DNA from: Candidatus Vogelbacteria bacterium RIFOXYD1_FULL_46_19
Lineage (GTDB): Bacteria > Patescibacteriota > Minisyncoccia > Phycocordibacterales > XYD1-FULL-46-19
Length of the DNA: 64,000 bases
NCBI GenBank assembly: GCA_001824825.1
Contig: MHTK01000006.1
Coordinates: 127,842 to 191,841 of the forward strand
Reading direction: 5' to 3'
Each line of letters opens with the position of its first letter. Position 1 is the first letter of the stretch. Shown here piece by piece: positions 46,440 through 53,420 of this stretch. A program made the position numbers and the translations under genes. The notes beneath the pieces were generated by a model. The model had not been told where the DNA came from and made no database searches. It was given only the letters and a program-made list of their open reading frames with translations.

Positions 46440-46688
46440 CTAAATCTCCAAAATCTTCATCAAGGAAATTATTACCAGACCTGCTCCAGCGAATCCAGCC
46501 AGGATTTCCAGTGGTCGAAACCTATACTTGATGTCTGGAGTTTCTGGTAAGAAAACCTTTACCACTGCCGCTAGTCCAGAAATGGCCAAGATGACCCAGA
46601 CAAAAACTGGCAACGGAAGGTGGTAAAACAGTGCCACGATGCCTGTAAGTTGTAAAAGACTACAAACAAAGTGTACTAACGCAACCAT
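46440..46688 (-). CDS. Small two-TM membrane protein (cassette cargo)
   Basis: RBS aaaaggagact. Followed by terminator cgcccgccaacgaaaatcgttggagggcg plus T-run. Confidence 0.45.
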   Translation of the reverse strand: MVALVHFVCSLLQLTGIVALFYHLPLPVFVWVILAISGLAAVVKVFLPETPDIKYRFRPLEILAGFAGAGLVIISLMKILEI

Positions 46689-46832
46689 GATTAGTCTCCT
46701 TTTCTCGGTTTAGTTTCTACCCTATTCCTACCACACCATTGTAAATTTGTTAACTTGTTTACACTTGGCTCCGCCGATTAGGTGAAGTGAGAAAATTAGG
46801 GTAAAAGAAAAGGCCCAAGTATTTGGGCCACA

Positions 46833-47333
46833 CTACTCAAGTCCCCAACCTACTAGAGCTGGGAACTTCTTAACCTGAATCTCTCTTGAAGCATGAATGA
46901 CTCTTTTAAGTTGACTGGAGAGTTTTCTGTCTGGTGGAAGATATAAACAAATGATCCCCGACTTATACCAAAGCATCACATTGATCTTTGACTCCAGAGA
47001 TTGGTTTGCAACCTCCCAAACTAAAGAATCAGCGGTGGCTCCTTCTCTGTATTCCCAGATCATTAAAACTGGGGCCAACAGATGATCCGTTAAAAAATAG
47101 TCGAGAACCACTCCAGAACGGTCGGGTCGATAAGACTCTTCTACCCAACCCTTCATCCACTCGCAGTGAAAGGCTTGGCAATTTCTTGGTCTGGTTGGAT
47201 AGATTTGACAAGAGTTTTCGGAACAGAACCGACAAGTCTCGTTCATTCCTTTTTTTAGTTCAGCCACAGCGTGAGTTGTGCAGCAGGCTGTGCAACCACC
47301 GCAGACACGGGTTGGTTTTTGAATTACCGACAC
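46833..47333 (-). CDS. YkgJ-family CxxCxxCC zinc/iron-chelating domain protein (cassette cargo)
   Basis: VCGGCTACCTTHA...CRFCSENSCQ...CQAFHC. GTG start 7 nt after AGGAGGT. Confidence 0.5.
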   Translation of the reverse strand: MSVIQKPTRVCGGCTACCTTHAVAELKKGMNETCRFCSENSCQIYPTRPRNCQAFHCEWMKGWVEESYRPDRSGVVLDYFLTDHLLAPVLMIWEYREGATADSLVWEVANQSLESKINVMLWYKSGIICLYLPPDRKLSSQLKRVIHASREIQVKKFPALVGWGLE

Positions 47334-47507
47334 GAGTATCACCTCCTATCCAGTTACGTTTCTCCCCTATTCCTACCACAACATTGTAGATTTGTTAACT
47401 TGTTTACACTGGGCTCCGCGGGCTCGAGGAAGTGAGAAAATTAAGGTAAAAGAAAACCGCCCAACCTTGAAGCTGGGCGGTCTGATCTGTTGAAAAGCCT
47501 TCCACCA

Positions 47508-47876
47508 CTACCTGCTGGCAAACCCTCCAGGCGACAGCAAAATGAAAACAAAGAATCTGAGTCCTCCCATCGACAACCTCAAGCGTTCGAAAATCCGCTC
47601 TGTCCGCTTTTGGATGTTCGCCCGTCGCGACGGAAAGTCGATTGCTCGAATCTCGATCTCAACGTCGAAATTACTCGGACCATCCTTTTCGTGTCGCTCG
47701 CGGAAGCGGATCTCGAGATCGTGAGCAACCAGCCTGGCCCCGGGTTCCTCGGCCGAGAGTTCCGCGGGAACAATGTCCCAAATTTCCCGATAGAGTGTCC
47801 TCAACAAACGATCAAATTGCTCCGAGTCGATTTTATTGCGGTCGGCTAATACTTCTACAATAGGCATAAGATCACC
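47508..47876 (-). CDS. Tautomerase-superfamily-like protein with N-terminal Pro1 (cassette cargo)
   Basis: The start MPIVEVLADRNKIDSEQFDRLLRTLYREIWDIVPAE parallels 4-oxalocrotonate tautomerase [51 protein letters not shown]. Driven by TTGACA-17-TATAAT at about 48040. Confidence 0.35.
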   Translation of the reverse strand, partial: GDLMPIVEVLADRNKIDSEQFDRLLRTLYREIWDIVPAELSAEEPGARLVAHDLEIRFRERHEKDGPSNFDVEIEIRAIDFPSRRANIQKRTERIFERLRLSMGGLRFFVFILLSPGGFASR

Positions 47877-48225
47877 TCCTCTCCGGTTTCGTTTCTTCCC
47901 CATTTCTACCAGAGTTTGAGGAAAAACAAAAGCACTCTACGCAAATCCACACGAGAGTGCTCTTACCTTGTTACTACTAGCAACAAAGCGTTGGTCCCAG
48001 CAGGACAGCCATGCAGGTCTTCATTTCTATACTTTTTTTATTATATATCTATATAGTATATCTGTCAATAGTTGCTCCGCCACCTGCTGTGCCGGGCTGT
48101 AGCTACAGGCGAAGAATGGGGGTGAATTGAGAAAGTTAAAGTTGAGATAAAAATCTTGCTTATATTAAAAAGACCGGAAGAAATGTTTCTCCCGGTCGCC
48201 CCACAATGGACTAACGAAATGATCG

Positions 48226-48429
48226 CTAGTAGCCTCGATTACGGACCGAAGCATCACGATCCTGACACGCAGCTTCGCGGCCTTGCTCGTGCTCATTGCT
48301 AAATTGCTCTGAGCCGAGCAGTCCGGCGAAACCACCAGATATCGCACCCGTGTTGGGGCTATCCGATTCAGCTTCGTAGCCTTTCTGGAAGCCGTCTGTC
48401 ACATGATCTTCCGGAGTTTCTCGTGCCAT
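48226..48429 (-). CDS. Small acidic protein (67 aa), cassette cargo
   Basis: RBS aagaaaggaggtgatatag-ATG. Confidence 0.4.
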   Translation of the reverse strand: MARETPEDHVTDGFQKGYEAESDSPNTGAISGGFAGLLGSEQFSNEHEQGREAACQDRDASVRNRGY

Positions 48430-48459
48430 CTATATCACCTCCTTTCTTAGAAAATTTCC

Positions 48460-48558
48460 CTACACGAGGGGTGGACGGTGGTCGAAAGGATCGATCTCAA
48501 TCTGATCTAATTCTCCACAAGTAGATCCTCCCTCTGGTGGCATATCCAACGTATTCAT
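48460..48558 (-). CDS. Possible 32-aa peptide with strong RBS (agggaggtgatccaa-ATG)
   Basis: Manual translation MNTLDMPPEGGSTCGELDQIEIDPFDHRPPLV. Confidence 0.25.
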   Translation of the reverse strand: MNTLDMPPEGGSTCGELDQIEIDPFDHRPPLV

Positions 48559-48841
48559 TTGGATCACCTCCCTTGCTAAAAGCAACTTACCCTAAGCCCC
48601 CAGATGAGCTTAAAGTTTGATCTGATCATAATGAAAACTTCATCTGTTGTCAAGGCTGTCGGTAATGCTCCTACAAATTTAACCCCTGTTAATTTGTTAA
48701 CCCTCAGCTCCACCGACTGTTTTACCAAGCCGTAGCCTGGTGGGCTAAGGATGGAGGAAGTGAGAAAGTTGGGGTAAAAGAAAAGACCCTGTTCACCATA
48801 CGGTTACTAAGGGTCTTTGTTTTTTGGAGTGCCTCGGCCGG

Positions 48842-49117
48842 CTACTGAGTCGGCCAATGCGCCAACTGGTCAGGCATCCGCTCAAGTGCGTGGACCGTGT
48901 CCTCATACCACGGGACACTGAGGTCGAAGTCGGGGCACTTGGATTCCTTTTCCCGCGCCAGCTCGTTGGCGGGCTGAAGGTCCCATTCGGAGGGGACCTC
49001 GTCGCCGACGCAGAACCCGGGGCAGTTCGGTTCCTCGATGAAGATGAACGTACCGTTCACCTCGCGAACAAGGCCGCCGCCCTGGGTCGAATAAACCGGG
49101 TAATTCCGTTCCATCAT
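48842..49117 (-). CDS. Hypothetical GC-rich protein (91 aa), cassette cargo
   Basis: Local GC is markedly higher than host. RBS ggaggtagtaagtc-ATG. TTGACA-17-TATACT promoter. Confidence 0.45.
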   Translation of the reverse strand: MMERNYPVYSTQGGGLVREVNGTFIFIEEPNCPGFCVGDEVPSEWDLQPANELAREKESKCPDFDLSVPWYEDTVHALERMPDQLAHWPTQ

Positions 49118-49213
49118 GACTTACTACCTCCATTGGTTGAAATTTTCACTCTATTTACTAGTATAACGTATTATACATTATTTGTCAAGTTCCTATGGTT
49201 TAGCACCACCCCC

Positions 49214-49268
49214 AGGTTCGCCCATCCTACCCACATACAAAAATAACCCCTTATTTCTAGGGTTATTT
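49214..49268. repeat. 55-bp noncoding module, copy A of a near-identical pair
   Basis: aggttcgcccatcctacccacatacaaaaataaccccttatttctagggttattt. Identical module at 52717-52770. Each is immediately followed by a tRNA-end repeat. Confidence 0.7.
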
Positions 49269-49534
49269 TGTGGGGCTCCGCGGGCAGACTCTCCCCCAAC
49301 GAGGGCTGGTACTTTTCCACCTCGCTTCGCTCGTAGAGAAAAGTCTTTCGAGTCCTGACGTGAGTGAAGCAGTTCACTCACTCCCGCGTCGCTCGACATA
49401 CGACAAAAGTCAGAACCTAGGTTCTGACTTTGTCTAGCTCGCTCCGCGGACTGTCTGAAGTGAGAACGTTGGGGTAAAAGAAAAGGGCCAAGCCAGTATT
49501 AAAACTGACCGGCCACAAGTAAACAGTGAGGGAA

Positions 49535-49831
49535 CTAGGGGCTCGAATTGAACGAATCTTGCTCCAAGAAAACGTCCCATTCTCGACCATCAATTACAAC
49601 TTCGAACGGTCCATAGGTCTGTGGTGGTCGGCGAGCCTCTTTTCCCTGAAAAATAACTTGACGCGCAATCTTTGGCGAGTCGAACCATTCCGGACTAGAG
49701 GTAAAAGTGATGGAACCACCCTCCACCTCGGGGTGAGACAAACAACTCACCGAGCCCACCATAGAAACGTGCGTCAATCCTGGTAAGGATGGTGGAATTT
49801 TAACCACCACCGAACCGACAGTTTGAGTCAT
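49535..49831 (-). CDS. Hypothetical protein (98 aa), cassette cargo
   Basis: RBS ggagaggaggtgacgtagt-ATG. Confidence 0.45.
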   Translation of the reverse strand: MTQTVGSVVVKIPPSLPGLTHVSMVGSVSCLSHPEVEGGSITFTSSPEWFDSPKIARQVIFQGKEARRPPQTYGPFEVVIDGREWDVFLEQDSFNSSP

Positions 49832-49932
49832 ACTACGTCACCTCCTCTCCGGTTTTGTTTCTCCTCTATTCCTACCAGATTTTAAGGAAAAAGAAAACCG
49901 CCCTCCAACGGTTTTCGTTGGGGGCGGGATCA

Positions 49933-50463
49933 TCAGATATTGAGAAGCTCGTTAAAACTCTCAAAATTGAGACATTGTAAAGGATCCTCCAATCCGTTAA
50001 GGTACAGATAAACACCCGGATGATCTGCCTCCTCCAACTCCTCCAAAACAATCTCCAATCTCGAGTTCCTGGCCAGAGACTCTGCTAGTTCGCGACCGAA
50101 CTTATCGGTTAAGTAACTGTCAAAGTCTTCAAAGACTTCCCCCTTACATAACAGGTCGCGCAAGGTCACACCGTTGGCTTCCGGAAAGATTGATGAGCAA
50201 ATACCAACAGGAAAGTCGAGCCAGACAGATTTTACTTCCCCTTCATTCACTCGACATACCAAAAGAGGTGGTGAATACGGTTTGCCAAACTTTATTGTCC
50301 CACCAATCAGTACCCGAATCTGAACTCCTTCCGGCTTTGCTGGTAGCCACCGTACATCTGTTACCTCCTTCCAGATGTCGCAGTGAAGTCCTGTAAACTC
50401 CCCCCAACTCATAGCATCTGTGTCAATGTCAGCTTTCATCCTGTAGATCCTTTCATGGTCCAC
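49933..50463 (-). CDS. Hypothetical protein (176 aa), cassette cargo
   Basis: Promoter TTGACT-17-TATTGT. Terminator cccgcccccaacgaaaaccgttggagggcgg plus T-run. Confidence 0.45.
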   Translation of the reverse strand: MDHERIYRMKADIDTDAMSWGEFTGLHCDIWKEVTDVRWLPAKPEGVQIRVLIGGTIKFGKPYSPPLLVCRVNEGEVKSVWLDFPVGICSSIFPEANGVTLRDLLCKGEVFEDFDSYLTDKFGRELAESLARNSRLEIVLEELEEADHPGVYLYLNGLEDPLQCLNFESFNELLNI

Positions 50464-50614
50464 AACTCTGTTTTTTACAATAGCACGTTATTATAACTAA
50501 GTCAACTATTACTCCGCGGGCTCGAGGAAGTGAGAAAATTAAGGTAAAAGAAAACCCCACTCCACCTTTACGGCAAGTAGGGCTTGTCACGTCAACACCC
50601 AAGTAAAATGAGAA

Positions 50615-51109
50615 TCATTTGAGAGGGTGAACGTCCGATCGAACCAAGTCACGAGAGTGGGCGTTGTCCCAAAAGTCGAGAAACTCCATTTGGGCCAGAA
50701 CCCACCCCAACCAACGAGCAAACTTTTCGCCATCTCCTTCCCACGTCATGTACCACATCTCCTGGATCATCCACAGGAGATACCCCAAAGGTGCTGGAGA
50801 AACACACCCTTGATGCCCTGCGCCCAGGGGCTTTAAGTCTGGGTCCCTAAGAAGTAGAGCCACTTTGATTGCTGCCCAGGTTCTGGGATAAAGAAGGGAT
50901 GATTTGTAGATAAAATCCCGCCTCCTCTCATCCCAGTGAACGATAGCATAGGTATCCCTATGTATGACTTCGTCACCGTCGACAGAGCAGACCCTACCGC
51001 ATATTACGCACGGAAACCCATCCTCCACTGAAGATTTTCCGTCTCTTTTGACCATGAGCGGATAACCCTTGGTCTGGTCAAGAGGATTACCACAAACACT
51101 GCAAGCCAT
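50615..51109 (-). CDS. Zinc-ribbon-containing hypothetical protein (cassette cargo)
   Basis: MACSVCGNPL...GFPCVICGRVC, two CxxC pairs. RBS ggagaggaggtgatattt-ATG. Confidence 0.45.
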   Translation of the reverse strand: MACSVCGNPLDQTKGYPLMVKRDGKSSVEDGFPCVICGRVCSVDGDEVIHRDTYAIVHWDERRRDFIYKSSLLYPRTWAAIKVALLLRDPDLKPLGAGHQGCVSPAPLGYLLWMIQEMWYMTWEGDGEKFARWLGWVLAQMEFLDFWDNAHSRDLVRSDVHPLK

Positions 51110-51222
51110 AAATATCACCTCCTCTCCGGTTTCGTTTCTTCCCTATTCCTACCACACCATCGTAAATTTGTTAACAACAAACCCGCCTCGCGACGAGTTT
51201 GTCGTCGGGGCGGGAAATACTT

Positions 51223-51537
51223 CTAGTAAATCCTTTCCCCCTTATGATTGATCAAAAATTCTTCACCGTTAAGAGAAACTCGTGCTTTCCCTTTGTGAAA
51301 GAAACCAACCTTATCAAATCTGCCATCATAAGCAGGACTACCATCGGGATGGATATGAAAAGCTGTGTCTCCCTCCCACACTTCGGCTAATCCTTCGTGA
51401 AAGTGGTCGGTGTAGTCATACCTTTGGGTATAGGCAGGGCTACCATCTGGGTGGATGTGCCACATCTTCTTACCATCACCTGTCCAGGCCAAGTCTTCGT
51501 GAAAGATTCCATGAACTTGTACTTCTTTAACTGTCAT
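51223..51537 (-). CDS. Repeat protein with duplicated HIHPDGSPAY motif (WG-repeat-like), cassette cargo
   Basis: Two copies of HIHPDGSPAY-x-(Q/G)R(Y/F)D. Confidence 0.45.
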   Translation of the reverse strand: MTVKEVQVHGIFHEDLAWTGDGKKMWHIHPDGSPAYTQRYDYTDHFHEGLAEVWEGDTAFHIHPDGSPAYDGRFDKVGFFHKGKARVSLNGEEFLINHKGERIY

Positions 51538-51781
51538 ACCAGGTCATCCCCTTTCCAAAGTTAGAGTTTGGCGTCTGGATATATTTCTAACATATTTAAA
51601 GATAAAGTACATAAGCTACTATATGTACATATTTAGCACCCCGCCGTTAACCCCCGGCTCGCCGACTGTTTTACCAAGCCGAAGCCTAGTTGGCGAAGGA
51701 TGGCGGGAAGTGAAAAAATTGAGGTAAAAGAAAACCGCCGGACGTGTAAGGCCCGGCGGCTCGATAAAAAAACTATGAGTA

Positions 51782-52531
51782 TCAATAAGTGACTCCGAAA
51801 AACTTCGCGAGTCGCAAGAGCCGAGATGCGCGCAGATTTTCCAGCTTCGTACTCAAGCGTCGATGAGAATCTTGGAGCTCGGAGCGCTGATCACGCAAGT
51901 CCTCGATCTTATGAAGCAGGCTCTTGACTTGAATCTGATGGGAGTGCCGAGACTCATCGAGCAAGACTTGCAATTCGTCGACTTGCTGCCGAAGGTTCGA
52001 AGCCTGCACAAAGTGCTTCCGGATTTCCGTGATCAACGCCTCTTTGGCAGTGGTGGCCATTTTTTCCGCTTTGACCGCCGCCTTCACCTCCTCAACTGTG
52101 GCATTCCCGGTCCAATAGCGGCAAAGGAGGTTGGCGTCCGGAACATAACAAGCCACCGATGTCCGCTTCTCGGAGGACGTGAATCGGTCATTACCGATCT
52201 GGACTTCGACCCAGTGGTTGTAGCCGTCGGAGTAAGCTTGCCCGACACGGTCGGAGGGACCGACAAATGGTGCGTGGCCATCTATCACAAGTTTATCCTT
52301 GTCCCACTCCAACGCAATGGTCCCAACCCACGGACGAGAGGAGATGGACGAAGCTACAGCTACCATTCCTCTTTCCCCTTTACGAGGGGTTACTGTAAGC
52401 GAATGGATCGTCTCACCACTCAAGGCACCAACCGGATCACTGGCACCAATAAGGATCATGGGAGGGCATTGGCCATTTCCGTCACACAGACGAAAACTTC
52501 CTACACCGTCGAGACATTTCGAGATCGCGTA
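51782..52531 (-). CDS. GC-rich protein with N-terminal Cys-containing domain and C-terminal coiled coil (cassette cargo)
   Basis: Perfect TTGACA-17-TATAAT promoter at 52650-52678 on the minus strand. C-terminal heptad-like QVDELQVLLDESRH...LRDQRSELQDSHRRL. Confidence 0.45.
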   Translation of the reverse strand, partial: YAISKCLDGVGSFRLCDGNGQCPPMILIGASDPVGALSGETIHSLTVTPRKGERGMVAVASSISSRPWVGTIALEWDKDKLVIDGHAPFVGPSDRVGQAYSDGYNHWVEVQIGNDRFTSSEKRTSVACYVPDANLLCRYWTGNATVEEVKAAVKAEKMATTAKEALITEIRKHFVQASNLRQQVDELQVLLDESRHSHQIQVKSLLHKIEDLRDQRSELQDSHRRLSTKLENLRASRLLRLAKFFGVTY

Positions 52532-52716
52532 CATGATTTTCAACCTTTCTTTCCAGTATCACTGGATAGGCATTCGGCGGCCATCGGCCTCCGAACTATG
52601 CAAACCCTGCACTAGGGGCCAGCCATTACCTAATGGCCAAACTAAACTTATTATATTTCATTAGTTACGCTTTGTCAATAGTGTGTCTTAATTCACTCTT
52701 GAATTGCACTATCCTA

Positions 52717-52770
52717 GGTTCGCCCATCCTACCCACATACAAAAATAACCCCTTATTTCTAGGGTTATTT
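52717..52770. repeat. 55-bp noncoding module, copy B
   Basis: See copy A. Confidence 0.7.
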
Positions 52771-53060
52771 ACGGGCTCCGCGGGCAGACTCTCGAGCTAC
52801 ACTCGCTGGTACTTTTCGTCTCACTCACCTATCGGCTCGCTCTCATCGAAAAATCTTTCTCGTCCTGACGTGAGTGAAGCAGTTCACAAGGCAGGACTCT
52901 TTCCTTACAGGAACTGTACACCTTTTAGCTAAAGTCTTCGCAGGCTCAACTTTAGGCTCAAAAGCTTTTCGAGTCCTGACGGAGGCAGCCCCACTGCCTC
53001 CTCCCGCGGAGCTCAAAAAATCAAAGCCCCCACTTTCGTGAGGGCTAAGATTTTTACGAG

Positions 53061-53133
53061 CTCCGCGGGCAGGACTCGAACCTGCGACCAATCGATTAAC
53101 AGTCGACCGCTCTACCAGCTGAGCTACCGCGGA
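53061..53133 (-). tRNA. tRNA-Asn (anticodon GUU)
   Basis: Folded by hand. Acceptor UCCGCGG/CCGCGGA. D-arm GCUC-AGCUGGUA-GAGC. Anticodon arm GUCGA-CUGUUAA-UCGAU (GUU). T-arm GCAGG-UUCGAGU-CCUGC. Discriminator G. 73 nt. No encoded CCA. Confidence 0.85.
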
Positions 53134-53208
53134 ATGTTTAGTTTTGTAAGAACTATCCAGCCACCATCTTTGATAGCCAGAATGATTGTTACAAGAGCAG
53201 CCGACACA

Positions 53209-53282
53209 CCGCCGACGCGTTCCGGCCTTGCGAAGCTCCAGGTCTTCGCTTCTCACTCCACCAACTGAGCTACCCGTCCGCC
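53209..53282 (-). pseudogene. tRNA-like remnant (5-prime half resembles tRNA-Asn; no valid acceptor or anticodon arm)
   Basis: GGCGGACGGGUAGCUCAGUUGGUGGAGUG resembles the tRNA-Asn 5-prime half, but the remainder does not fold as a canonical tRNA. Confidence 0.3.
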
Positions 53283-53420
53283 ATCGCAAGCTCAGGCGTT
53301 GCGGGCGGGCCGCGGAATATATTATTCTCCAGGAACACGAAAATCATACCAAAAACCGCTAAAATTGCAAAGGGATCAAGCCTTAGGCTAGACCTAAAAA
53401 TCTGCTATAATTGGCCCACT

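Larger units (their letters stand above)
45450..53060. mobile_element. Accretion region of miniature gene cassettes adjacent to tRNA-Asn, delimited by tRNA-3-prime-end-derived repeats; no recombinase in window
   Basis: Direct repeats of the tRNA-Asn 3-prime-end sequence (gctccgcggg) at 47411, 49272, 50511, 52773 and in the tRNA at 53058. Reused promoter and terminator modules. Cargo ORFs have GGAGGTGA RBS and some have elevated GC. Confidence 0.5.

Noticed and set aside
47490-49399. Multiple short overlapping ORFs in the GC-rich cassette region (47490..47849, 47542..47724, 47579..47773, 47642..47863, 48165..48347, 48824..49246, 48903..49133, 49171..49377, 49193..49399, 49526..49786)
   Set aside because: The GC-rich cargo inflates random ORF length. 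Only frames with a GGAGG RBS at proper spacing were kept.
50190-52932. Plus-strand ORFs in the cassette region (50190..50396, 50627..50836, 51069..51251, 51199..51390, 51282..51530, 51863..52615, 52084..52281, 52299..52664, 52633..52932, 52843..53289, 53038..53268)
   Set aside because: They are antisense to RBS-supported minus-strand genes or span noncoding repeat modules and the tRNA. No RBS. 52843..53289 runs across the tRNA-Asn gene.
46689-53060. The recurring intergenic repeats as a CRISPR array
   Set aside because: Repeats are long and heterogeneous and spaced 300-2300 bp apart. They flank full ORFs with promoters and terminators rather than short uniform spacers. No cas genes are present.
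53209-53282. Second element as a functional tRNA, possibly intron-containing
   Set aside because: No acceptor-stem complementarity and an 11-nt loop in place of an anticodon loop. Treated as a remnant.
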